Positions 11,816-23,949 of a stretch of DNA of 64,000 bases are shown here, piece by piece. The stretch is from Takakia lepidozioides (taxonomy: Eukaryota > Plantae > Bryophyta). Each line of letters opens with the position of its first letter. Within the stretch, counting starts at the first letter, position 1. The DNA is taken from the NCBI GenBank assembly GCA_030704615.1, contig CM060734.1, positions 42,532,001-42,596,000 of the forward strand, in the 5' to 3' direction. Under the pieces are notes generated by a model. It had not been told where the DNA came from and ran no database searches. It saw nothing but the letters and a program-made list of their open reading frames with translations. Made by a program: the position numbers and the translations under genes.

Positions 11816-12279
11816 CTTGTATTCAGTAGGCACAGGGCTAAAGATTTGATTGCACAATCAGCACAGTAGACGTGCTTCAAATGCAATTCATGTGGATCAA
11901 TAAAAACCTCATTGTGCCCTCTTTTTATTCTATTCTGTGTCCATCGTTCCCAGAATGCGTCATTGCTCATTACGTTTGGGATTGGGAGTGTGGGTGGATT
12001 TTGCAAGTGGCTGGTAGGCTGAAATGGGCCCCCATTGTACAGAGCAGTACCACCCTACCATTCGCGAAACATTGCCTTTCAATATATAATTCTAAATAAC
12101 ATTGCCGAACCTCCTTCATCGGGAGGTCCTTCTCCCCCTATGACCGTGGCACCCTAAACCCTATTCCCGTGGACACTCATTTCCGGAAAATAGTGCTGCT
12201 CATGTTTTTTTCCACACTTACGACTCTGCTCATGGCTCATGCCGCTCATGGCTCATGGCTCATGAAATAGCAGCCCCCC

Positions 12280-14417
12280 ACCCAACTAACCAGCTAACTT
12301 GCAGAATTCAACATGGAAATTTAGGGCCAATTCTGATAAGAGCAAAAAACAGGGTGAAATGTGTTGAAGAAGGTGCATTGATTACCAGTGCCTGATTTTA
12401 TCAGTTGTGTTGCTGCTGCTGCGGCATCCAGTTGACCATCTATCCATGCAGGTTTCTTGTAGCTATTGATCCACAGGGAATCATAAGTAATCTTGTGCTT
12501 GAAATCTGGCCCTCTTGGATGAATCTGGACCCACTCTCTATCCCTGCTCCTTCAGCTATCTCTGCCTCCGCACAAATTGACATGCACACATCCTTGCCTT
12601 GTTGCTAGCAGCTGACAATGACAGCCTAGATTTGTTGTAGCAAACACCCTAACCCTACTTATCACACTAGTTCATATGCTGACTTGCGCTTCCAACAGGC
12701 CTTCACTTTTTTGCACTAAAGAGCCAGCTTGCAGAATTCAACCTAAAAATTTAGGGACGAATCTGATAACAGGGAAAACAGGCTAAAATGTGTTGAAGAA
12801 GGTGCTCATAGGTCTTCAAAGCCTCCATCCCGCACCCTTGTTGTGCATATCCAGCAATCGTCGCACTCCACGACACCACATCTCGTTCAGCCATACTATT
12901 GAACACTCCCTTTGCATCCTCGATGCACCCACATTTTGCATACATGTCCACGAGAGACTGTTCAGAATGACATCGGGTACAATTCCTGCTCTGACAAGTC
13001 ACCATGGACCTCTTTACCCGTTTCCAGGGGCTGCCAGGCTTGCATATGCATTGCAAATGCCATCAAACGTGATGTGGTCGGACTTCGCCCCTTCCGCCAT
13101 CATTTGATCACATGTCTCCATAGCCTCATTCCCGCGGCTTTGCTGTGCATACCTCGCAAGCATCGTGTTCCACAACACCACATCTGGTTCAACCATACTG
13201 TTGAAAACTCCCTTCGCATCCTCGATGCACCCACATCTTGCATACATGTCCACGAGTGCATTGTTCATAATGATGTCGGGTACAATTCCAGCTCTCATGA
13301 TGTCACCTTTGCCCTTTTCCAGGGCTGCCAGGCTCGCACACGAATTGCATATACAAACGAACGTGACCAGGTCTGGCTTTACCCTTTCCTGCATCATTTG
13401 CTCATAGATCTCCAATGCCTCCATTCCACATCCATGCTGGGGATTATCCAGCGATCATCACACTCCAGGACATGACATCTCGTTAGTCATATTCTCAAAC
13501 ACTCCGTTTGTATCCTCAATACTACCACATTTGGCATACATGTCCACGAGGGTATTGTTCAGAATGACATTGGGTACAATTCCAAATTTGACAATGGCAC
13601 CATGGACCTTTTATCCTTTTTCAAGGCTGCCAGGCCCGCACACGCATTGCAAACACAACCCGGCTCGGCTTCATCATTTCCCTCATTATTTGCTCATACG
13701 TCTCCGAAGCCTATGTACCACACCCCCCCTTTGCATATCCTCGCCCTTCCTGCATCATTTGCTCGCAAAGCCTCTATCCCACGCCCCTGCATTGCATATC
13801 ATGCGATCATGGTGTTCCATGACACAAGTATTCGGCTCGATACTACGAAAATAAAATAGATCGTAGCACGGGAGACAAAATGAGGCTAAGTCCCAACCCT
13901 CTGTTCACGGCTCAACGTGGGCAACCCTAAAGCAACTTTTTGAATTTTTTAACTTTTTGCACTTTGTGTCATTCCAATGACACAAGTGTTTCGTTAATAG
14001 ATGGATGAGGTCATCCAATGGATGAACCCATTCATGTATATGCTTTAAGATGCCACGTGTAGTGATGTAGTCATATAAACAGAGCTGTGAAACCTCATGT
14101 ACTCATGTAGTCATAAGCTTGTATGGCATGTCATCAATGTGTAGTAATGGTGTAGTCATTTAGTCATAAGCTTATGTAGCACTTGTTGACGTGTAATAGT
14201 GCATATGATTACTAGTTATATAAACCAAGCCTTTGTTCTTGGTCAACAGTGTTTGACCGCGGCTCCTAATCATGTAGTAATATGTATGACTTCATTAGAT
14301 TAAAATATATTAAATTTCGCCCAACAATGGGTTTCATCACTATGTAGTCACATACATAGTCATGGTTACCAAGGTTTATATCACTCGTAGTCATAAAAAC
14401 GTTAATTTGTACTAGTG
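12280..14417. mobile_element. Right arm of a CACTA (En/Spm) element related to the one at 24340-37029
   Basis: Ends ...cgtagtcataaaaacgttaatttgtacTAGTG at 14417, resembling the TIR ending at 37029. It has GTAGTCAT subterminal motifs. Blocks 12280-12380, 12420-12570 and 13745-14100 are homologous to 36165-36265, 35745-35890 and 36490-36770. Confidence 0.8.
12790..13800 (-). pseudogene. PLS-class pentatricopeptide repeat (PPR) gene fragments inside the CACTA arm
   Basis: Repeated LVDMYAKCGCIEDAKGVFNSM.ERDVVSW..IAGYAQQG.G.EAL and KPDLVTFVCICNSCASLAALEKGK motifs, broken by frameshifts. Confidence 0.9.
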
Positions 14418-17400
14418 TGGATGTCGTTGATGAAACTCTTGGACTTTGTCAGATGCATTGCCAAGGTTGGATGAAGGTTCCCACGTTCATTCGCTGATGT
14501 CGTAGCCTTTCCAATGTACGAAATACTCAAGACGTTTATACTTGATGCGAGAGTCTAGGACTTCGTCGACTTAATACTCGATTTCCTGATTGACTTCGAT
14601 TGGTGGAGGTGGTACGGAGACTCTCCCTGGAATATTCGATGGATGATACAACTCCAATAAATGAAACATGAAAGACTGGATGGATGCGCATACTTCGTGG
14701 GAGTTCAAGTCGAAAATTGACCGGATTTAGTTGTCGAATGGTCCCAGGCGTTGATAATCCAACTTCCTTGATGGTCGCGAGGTTTGTATGTCCCGTCGAA
14801 GAAGCCACACACGATCTCCGACCTTGAACTTGGGGTAGGAGTTAGCGATGTTGATCTGCATACTCCTTGTATTATTTTTGAGCTTCTGCGAGGTGAAATG
14901 TAAGCTCCTTGTGAATCGTAGCAAGATGAGTAACAAGGTTTTCTGCAGCAGGGTTTCCAACAGTCTTCATGTGGAAAGGGTTTGCTTGAGGATGATGACC
15001 ATAATTGGAGAAAAATGAAATTTGCTTGGTCTAAGAATGTATAGTGTTGTTGTAGGCAAATTCAGCCAATGACAGAAGGTCCGTCCAATTATCTTGGTGA
15101 TAATTTATCGTATAGCGAAGAGACTGCTCCAAAATCTGGTTTACGCGTTCGGTTTGACCATCAGTCTGTGGATGATTAGCTGTAGAGAGATTGATCTTAG
15201 TATCCAATATGTGAAATAATTCCCTCCAGAAATTTGATATGAACTGTGGACCTCGATCAGATACGATGTCCTTCGGGAGTCCATGAATGCGGTAGATATT
15301 ATTGAGGAAGAGTCTTGCAGTTTCCTCGCCGGCAACCGTCTTATTACATGGAATGAAATGTGTCATCTTTTTAAAACGATCTACAATAACAAGGATTGAA
15401 TCGGTGGTCTTGGAAATCGGAAGGTCCGTAATAAAGTCCATAGACACGGACGACCATGGACCATTGGGAATGAGTAATGGTTGAAGAAGGGCCGTAAGGT
15501 CGATGTCATGGTCCCTTCGCTCTAGCACACGTGTCATATTCAATTGGAGATTTGCTGGTCGATGATGGATTTTTGTTGGTCAAAAACTGTCTCCTTTTTT
15601 TTCGGCGCAAGATACGATCGTCGAGAAAGAGCATCGGGTTTCTCTTGAAGATGTCCGGGGTGATAAATAATAACAAAATCAAACCTTGCTAGTGACATAC
15701 CCTATCTTGCTTGACGTCGACTCAAAACACGAGCACTCATAAAATATTCAAGGTTTTTGTGATTGGTGTAGACAGTGACCTGATGTTTAGCTCCCTCCAA
15801 TAGATGACGTCACTCCTCAAAAGCATCAATGATCGCTAGAAGTTCTTTGTCATGGATTTCATAATTGATCTCTGCAGCGAAAAATTTGCGAGAACAAAAA
15901 CTAACAGGGTGAAGTCGGCCATCCGTACCGTATTGAGAGAGTATAGCGCCAAGTGCAAAGTTCGATGGGTCTGCATGTACCAGTATTGGGGCCGTTGTAA
16001 ATGTCTGCTTCAGCCTTTCATATGTCTGGTCAGCCTTCTCGTCCCATACAAATTTGTCCTTCCCTGTGAGTCGTGTCAATGGTGCAGCAATTTTGGAGTA
16101 GTCCTTGATGAAGATTCTATAGAAATTTGCAAATCCCATAAAACATTGTACATCTCGGACCGAAGTTGGTTTAATCCACTCGATGATGGTTTGTATTTTT
16201 TTTTATGATCCATAAGACGTCTTTGTCGGAAATAATGTAGCCCATAAATTCGACCTCAGATTGATGGAAAAAACCATTTTCCAACCTGACATATAGTCAT
16301 CTTTATCTTAATTTATCAAGGACAAGGCGTACATGGCGGCCATGTTCTTCTTCATTCTGTGAAAATATCAAAATGTGTCCAAATAGATGACTACAAAGTC
16401 ATCTAAAAATTCTCGAAAGATGTCATTCATCATATGTTGGAAAATTGTTGGAGCATTTGTAAGACCGAAAGACATAACACTATATTCAAAATGTCAGTAC
16501 TTTGTTCGTAAAGTTGTTTTCCATTCGTCTTCTTCTTTTATCCGTACAAGGTTATAAACTCATCTCAAGTCAATTTTGGTGAAAATCTTCGCTCGTCCCA
16601 GTTGGTCGAGAAGCCCAGAAATCAGTGGCAACGGATAACAATTCTTAATTGTGACTTTGTTGAGACCGCGATAGTCCACACACATGTGTAATGATCCGTC
16701 CTTCTTTTTCACAAACAAGATAGGCGCCCTCGTAGGTGATTTTGAATGTCGGATGAAGTTCTTCGACAAATTTTCATCAATGTACTCACGTAATGCAGTC
16801 AACTCCGTCTGGGATAAGTTATAGATTGGGCCGAATGGTGGTTGGGCTCCTTCTTGTAACTCAATTGCACAGTCATAAGGTCGACGTTCTGGCAATATGT
16901 CTGCATTTTTCTTCTCGAAGACATCCTTTAAATATTGATATTGAGTGAGTAATGTCGAAGTACCTTTGTCTGTTGTGGTCTTGATCGGAGTCGCATAAAG
17001 TGCAAATGCCGCATCCTTTTTGGTAGCTCTCATTAAAGCTCTAGCTCCAAGGAATAGGGGTTGAATATCTTTGATATTTCTACATTTTTGTCTTGCAAAA
17101 AAATTTCGTGATCGCCAGTCGATGTCAGGATTGTGAAGTACGAACCAGGGAAGTTCAAGGATCACAGGATTTGTTGGAGACTGGATGATGTTGAAAACAA
17201 TGTGTGATGCTTGATCTTCAAGTGGTCGAGTTTCATGGTCAACATTTTCTGATGCTAACAGTCGTCCATCGATGGGGGCCGAGAGTTTCTTCTTTACGAG
17301 TGTTAAATTGTGTTGCTTCGCAAAGTTTTTGTCAATAAAACATGCTGAAGCCCCCTGAGTCCAAAATTGTTTCTAAAGAGATATCTCGATTTTGCACTCT

Positions 17401-19181
17401 GATTTTTATCGGAATTGTGAAGCAAGATGCAGGGTCTGGAGGTAGAAAGAGACATTTAGTTTCAATGTGGGCTAAAAGATGATGTAAAAGATTTATTGCT
17501 GACAATGCCAAACGTGAGCACACTGAGCTCATCACAGCGATAATCGTTTGTTCGAAAGACGTCAAGAGAAGCAATCTGGATGATCGACGACGCATCATGC
17601 CGCTGGTACTACGGCACCAAACACAACGATCCATCAGACATCCGGTAGTGATCCTATGCAAATTGATGATGTCCGATTCAAGCCATTGACGTCACAAGAA
17701 AAAAAAAAGACGGCGCTCGAATGGATTATGCTTCTATTGCGGAGAAGAATATCATATAGCATTAAACTGCCCCAACAAGAGAAGATTCAAAGCTCGGGGC
17801 GCAACTCAAGTGTTCGATACGAGGAGGGCGGAAAACGAAGATGTCTAGTCACAGTAGGGACCATGCGGCTGGACACCTAATGAAACTCTTCTCATTCCAG
17901 TCGAGGTCGCACGCAAGTTGTCGAAATTCGGCAGCATAAACAGAAGCAGGATGTGCTCATTGTCGAAGATTTCGCATCTTTGTCTCTGCAACTCTCTCCC
18001 TATCATTTTCTCCAAACGTTGTAGTGAACTCGCACATGAATGCTTCAAAATTGTATAGTAAATGCGAATTTTTTTCTAATAGCGGTGCAAACCAAGATAG
18101 GGCAGTGCCTGATAGAAGGGTGCCCACGAATCCCACTTGAATACCTTCATCGGGGTAGCGTTGTGGATGTAGTCGTAGGAACAGTCGTATTTGTTGAACA
18201 AAACCGCGAAATCTTGATCTCGTCCCATCAAATTTCTCGGGCATACTGATCTTTGGTTCTTTCGTAATCTGTTGAAGAGGAACCGTTGCAGTAGGAGCTG
18301 TTGCAGTAGAGACTCGTATGGTTGAAGATCCATTGTTCGACTCCTTTAACTCTGAAATTTGTTGTTGCAAATTGTGGAGAGCGTTGCCAAGATCTTGAGA
18401 CTGATCAGCTTGTAATTGGGCGGTAGAGGTACGAAGTTCTTGCATCTGGAGCTGAAAACTCTGCAATGTGGCGACCATTTTCGCAAATGTGCTTTCCATC
18501 TTAACTAACTAAGGAACAAACTTTAGTCTCGTCAAACTGTCAAGGACGAGAACATGACTGAACACAAACAAGAGATCAGACTAGAGGTACAAGACTAGAC
18601 AAGAAGTCAAGGTCAGGGTGGCCGAATGCATGGTGGGTAAACATGAATCAAGATGATCTTTATAATAATGGACAAAAATACAAGATACTGGAACTCGACT
18701 CGAATACTGGAATGCTGGAAACTGGACTGGGTACCAGATACTGGAAACTGGACTAGAGTACTGGAAGCTGGACTGGAGTACTGGGACTGGGAACAAGAGT
18801 AGCTTGAACTTGTGTTGGCGAGACTGAAGAGTGTCCAGTCTCGCCTTATATATATACTGGCTACTAGGAGGTTCCCGAAGAGGCTTCCCCAAAAAGAGGT
18901 TTCTTGATGGAGAAGTTTCTAAGGTTAAACAAAGGTTTCTTGATGGAGAAGTTTCCTTAAACAAAGGAGGTATCTTGATGGAGAAGTTTCTTCAAATGAA
19001 GCTTCATGAGCAGTTTCCCAAGTTACTCTCGGTAATTTGGTAAACTCCCGGTAACTTGGTAACTAATGATAATTTATGGTAGATCATAGTAGATCATGGT
19101 AGATCACGGTAACTTTTAGTAACAAAGTAATTTGGTAACTTCTAGTATTTACTCCTGGAACTCTGGGCTATGTCCGTGACA
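14418..19181 (-). mobile_element. Ty3/Gypsy chromovirus (Tf/Tcn1-like), degenerate; 3' end interrupted by the CACTA arm
   Basis: gag 17957-18499 (EPKISMPEKFDG); protease ILDSG ~17350; [25 protein letters not shown]...CVDYRGLN (16560-17165); RNase H NYEIHDKELLAII; integrase PWSSVSMDFITDLP...SDRGPQF...QTDGQTERVN; chromodomain YFVHWKGYDISE.TWEP at 14420-14600. Confidence 0.93.
18538..19181 (-). repeat. 5' LTR of the chromovirus (about 644 bp)
   Basis: TGTCA at 18538 and TGACA ending at 19181 form inverted termini; TATATATATAA at 18856-18846 (minus strand); lies directly upstream of gag. Confidence 0.8.
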
Positions 19182-22100
19182 ATGGCCAGTATGCATCAAG
19201 TCCGGTCGTGGATTGGGTCAGCAGTGTTGCTGGATGCAGCTGCAGTGGGGTCACAGGCTCATCATCCACGACTATGGCGGACTAACTTGATGCCACCTGC
19301 ACTGCTCAAGCGTGTATTTGATGGGGTACAGCGGCCAACACACGTGACAGTGGATAACATTTTGGATACAGGGAGGCAGTCTCAGCGTGTAAGACACGAT
19401 GACCGTTCGCCTTTGGCATTGGTCAACAAGGTGGGTCAACCACGAGCAACACTACCTATACTGCTCAGCTTCTGGGATAGTGGACCTGGCTCCTGTGGGA
19501 TGCTCAGTTGCAGTAGTTGGTGGAGCCTAATGCTGACGAGCGTGAGCGAGCGATGGGTTTTTCCACTGGGACCACGGCGGTGCCGTCTCTTTCTGAGGCA
19601 TCATGCCGTCACGTATTGGGGCAAGTAATGGATCTCAATTGCTTGACGGTACAGGCAGTGAGTGGGGGCGAGTAGGACCACGGGGTGTAGACATCCATGG
19701 CATACGTGGGAGATGCTTGAGGTTCAGAGAGAGTTGGCGGCCAAGGAGGTTGGGGATTCTTCTCAGGTTGAGGAGGTCCTCAAGGATGAGATGAAGGGGT
19801 AGGGTGAGGCCTTGTCACTGACAGAGCAGACAATGGTCACTACTCAAGAGGTTGCAGCATAACAACCATGGGACGCATCTCCTACCTCTAAGTCTGTTGG
19901 ACTTAAGGTTACAGTTACGGAGGACAATTGGGAGCTTGACATTGGACCCATTGTCACTGGAGGAGAGATACGGCGGTTCCTGAGGGCTTACAAGAATTGC
20001 TTTGCCTTCAGTTTGAAGGACTTGGGAGCACTGAAGGGTCAGGAAATTCGTATTGAGTTGGCCACTGATACACCAATCTTTTGGAGACCCTATAGATACA
20101 GTGACATGGAGAGGTCTTTGATTCAGATGCGGACTCAAGATGTTTGGTTTGGTGGAGCTCTCTGGTAGAGAGTATTCTTCAGCCATAATGATGCCAGCCA
20201 AGAAGGATGTCTATGGCAATTGGACGGAGAGACGTATGTGCGGTGATTACCGGCCTGGAAATCGTCAGACCAAGTCCGATAAGTATGCCATGCCCACACC
20301 AGATGAGATCTTTGATGCCATTGGGCATGCCGAGGTTTTTAGCACTTTGGACTTGCGGTCCGGATATTACCAGTTGCCGATCAAAGAGGCGGACAAGCAG
20401 ATCAAGATGGCATTCTGGGGGATCAATGAGCATGGGAAGGATTGCCTATATCAGTGGCGGTTCTTACCATTCGGGCTTAAGAACGGTCCTGCAAAGTTCC
20501 AGAGAGTCATGGACATGATTCTAGCAGGGGTGGATTTTGCTCAGTGCTACATAGATGACATCATCATCTTTAGTGCTACGGTGGAGGAGCATGAGTTGCA
20601 ATCCATGCACAAGCCAGCAGGATGACACTGGAGCTCGATGGCATGGTGAGACGGACAAGGAGATGGTGTCGGGATGGCATGCATCTGCCTTTTTGTGTAT
20701 CCTGGCAGTGGGAGGCCAGGTTGGACCTCCAACAAGGATGACAGAAATGGAGTGTCTGAGGACCCTGACTAGTGATGAGCCAGGTGGTGCCAGAGATATA
20801 CATGAGGATTCGGTTGTCTTGGACTACCTTCGCACTGGAGACACGGCAGCCACGGTGACTGCCAATGAGAGGGATCGGATCCTACAACGAGGCAAGAGGT
20901 TCAAGTGGGAGGGGATACACTTGCTCCGCGTGTTCACCCAACACAATGTGCACGGCCTGCCCATGAGGAGTTGGGGCATTTTGGAGTGCGACGCACTCAC
21001 AGTGTACTGCAGAGGCAGTATTGGTAGTGTGGTATGCACACATAGGTGCAATAGTTCGTGGCTAGGTGCATGGTGTGTGACAGGGTGCGTGCTTCATTCA
21101 ACGCCCCTAGGTACATCACAGTTGCATCCTTTACCCATCATGGGATTGGGCTACAGGTGGAGTCTTGACTTTGCAGGGCCGTTGCCACTGACAATACGCC
21201 ACCACAGATATGTGTTGGTGATGGTGGAACACTTCTCCAAGTGGATTGAGTTGGTTCCGTTGCCTGACAAGGCTAGTAAGGGGGCTGCGTATGCATTCTT
21301 TGGATCGTGTGCTTAGCCGATTCGGTGCTCCAGCTGAGGTACTCACGGACCAAGGGAGAGAGTTCTTGGGGGAGTTTGAGGCTTTGTGTGATAAAGCCTT
21401 GATAGACCACCGCACCACTTCTCGGGACCATCCCGAGGCCGATGGCTTGGCAGAGAGAGTTGTGCAGACGGTGAACAGAGGTTTGCGCAAGTATGGCTTG
21501 CAGAAGGGACACCTAGGAGATTAGGATCTTCAGGTACCTTGGTTAGCCATGGGCTACAGGTTCAGCAAGCAAGCATCACTTGCCTCCTTCTCACCATATT
21601 TCCTTTTCTTTGGCCGAGCCAGATTTGCCTGTAGCCATTCGTAAGGACACTGCTCAAGTTCTTAACCTTGACGATCCGGACGTGTGGTTACGTGCATGTG
21701 ATCAGCTTGTAGAGTTGTTCAAGAAAGTCATGCCCATGGCTTTTGAGAACATTGCCATTGCACAGCACCGTGATACGTTGAGGTATGCCACTATACGTGG
21801 TGGAGGATATCGTCCTGGGGTTCGGAGGTTTAGCCCTGGTGACTATGTTTATTTGTAGCAGACAGCTCCTACAACCCTAGATGTCACTGCAGGGCGTGTT
21901 ATTCTGAGGGTTCGAGAGGTGTTACCCTCAGGAGTCCTGATCTTGGAGGGTCGGGATGGCATGACTTAGAAGGACCATGTGCATAATTATGCGCGATGTC
22001 ACCTTCCCAATGTCGATGGCAGAATTGACCCAAACTTGGCAGTGGTACCTGCAGGTTTGAGGTGCATGCTCTATGGGTCTGCCAAAGGGGCAGCGACCAT

Positions 22101-23350
22101 GCTGGTATGCGATCGATGCTCAAGAAGTTGGCACATGGGATACTTAACACCACCTCTTGATAGGGTTCATGATGGAGACTGGTTATGTCCACACTACTTG
22201 GGATAGTGGTTGTCGCGCACCTCCCTTCGGTAAGCTCCCCTTCACGTCATAGTTACTCGCTTTGATGCGCGCGCCTGACTCCCAACCTGGCCGCCGGGCC
22301 AACTTGGAGCTTCGGCTGCTCACCGGGACATAACGGTCCCCCTTCGCTTCCCACTAAACCCTCCACCTATTTGGGACTAGTGGAATTCCCTTTGGTAGAT
22401 AGCAATCCGGAACAGCTCCCCACTCTTTGGTCGCTTTCCGGCTCGCTCGCTTACTCACTAGTTTTTGGTCACCAACGGGCTTGCACCGTTCTCGGGGTTA
22501 CTACTCCCTATATATACTTCTGTAGCTGTCCGCGGGGGTTTCACAACCAGCCATGCCATTTTATGGCGAACCACCACGAAAACCCTCGACTCCCGGTGAT
22601 GAGTCGCGGTGAGTCTTGGCCCACTCACCACGGCCCCTATGGACCGTGATGAGTCCCAAGACTCCCCACGACTCCCACCACGAGGTCTCCGCCCCCATGG
22701 TGAGTCCTATGCCACCCCCACTAAGTCCCGCTAAGCTACCACCACCCCTTGTGGAGCCACCCCCACCGCAACCCGGTGTGCGGGGCTCCACCTAGTGAGC
22801 GCCTCCGCCTCCTTGAGTGCCTTGGGCACTCAAGGGTGCTTCAGCCCCCCATACCTATCGCTGCCGCTGCCCCCACCACAGGGGCAGCCCCTCATGTGTC
22901 CCGACCCCCTGCCCTCAAGGCAAAGGGCCGCGACAATGGTAGTGGATATGACTAGTGGCAGCTAACAAGACATGGGGGGCCGAGCTCATAGGAGTCAATA
23001 CACGAGATCCCAGACTCAAGTTCACAGGTTGCAAAGACGGCGACTAACGATGGGGCAACTATTGTACCCGGCCTCTTGATCTATCGAGTTTGAGTGTAAT
23101 AGGGACAGTGGTGGAGGATTTAATGAGGCTACGGCCACTATCACATCTTGTGGCTACCTGGACTTAGAGGGACCTAAGCATCAGCTAGGGGGGCGATTGT
23201 GATGGACTAGTGGCAGCCTAGTGGTTGGACTAGTGGCTGCACTAGTGGTGGCTAGTGGCAGCCTAGTGGTGCACTAGTGATAGACTAGTGTTTGGTGTGC
23301 ACATGTGTTGTGTGGTTTTGGACATCGATGTAATTATGTAGCGATATGTA
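19182..23350 (+). mobile_element. Degenerate Ty3/Gypsy LTR retrotransposon with C5-DNMT remnant, RT, integrase and C-terminal PHD finger
   Basis: RT RRMCGDYR...FSTLDLRSGYYQ...PFGLKN...CYIDDIII (20140-20600); integrase RWSLDFAGPL...LTDQGREF...ADGLAERVV; PHD-like CMLYG...MLVCDRCSRSWHMGYLTPPL...GDWLCP (22063-22200); polypurine tract AGGGGGGCGA at ~23187-23196 followed by TGTG at 23198, the probable start of the 3' LTR. Confidence 0.88.
19190..19650 (+). pseudogene. C-terminal part of a C5 cytosine DNA methyltransferase domain inside the retrotransposon polyprotein
   Basis: Motif VIII-like LLDAAAVGSQAHHPRLWRTNL. After a frameshift come motif IX-like EPNADERERAMGFSTGTT and motif X-like RHVLGQVMD. 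The N-terminal part is cut off by the chromovirus LTR at 19181. Confidence 0.72.
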
Positions 23351-23949
23351 TGCGCACGAAAAGGGGCAGTAGCCGCAAGACAAAGTGACTCTTAGTTACG
23401 CCGGCTGACGTGGCCGGAGTGTTCTCTCTCTCCCAACCCTAAACCTATAATTAGTACATGCAAAAGTCCATATCTTTCTTGCCAGACAAACATACATTTT
23501 CAATGAAAAGAATTTCTTTAATTCATTCATCTTCCTCCTATAGAACAATTTGAAAAACAATTCACTGTTTTTTAGGGTACTTAAAAGTACATGAAAATTA
23601 CATAATTGAATATTAATCTATTAGATTTGTCATTTTCATTTTTTCCATTTTGGTATGTACCATGAAAGAAAAAAGTCCATAACGACAACATTTGTGTACT
23701 GTTACATTTGGCCACGACTTTTTCAAAATTCCAATACTTCCAACCATTTATAAGTTGATTGATGATGCTTTAAAGTAGGTAAGCATGTTGTAGTAAAAGT
23801 ACATTATTTGAGTCCCATTTGATCTTTTTCACAAAATGTAAAGAGTATGGGTCAATATAGAGTAAGTATGTACTGCAGAAATGATGCTGTTACAATTTTA
23901 CCGAGCCACCATAGCTTGCTTTCACCCTTCTAGGACAGCTCTTTCCTCC

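Larger units (their letters stand above)
1..12279. mobile_element. Composite Mutator/MULE-like DNA transposon carrying a ParB-methyltransferase gene, an unknown ORF and palindrome arrays (left end outside window)
   Basis: The transposase, cargo genes and one shared palindrome family lie in a contiguous block. From ~12280 the sequence (acccaac...gcagaattcaa) is homologous to the CACTA arm at ~36165, which places the right junction near 12279. Confidence 0.7.

Noticed and set aside
12151-12163. Telomeric CCCTAAA repeat (also ~12647, ~23438)
   Set aside because: Fewer than two units; a common telo-box-like motif, not an array.
12191-12195. TAGTG as a CACTA terminus
   Set aside because: The adjacent sequence does not resemble the CACTA TIRs at 14417, 24340 or 37029, and the subterminal motifs are absent.
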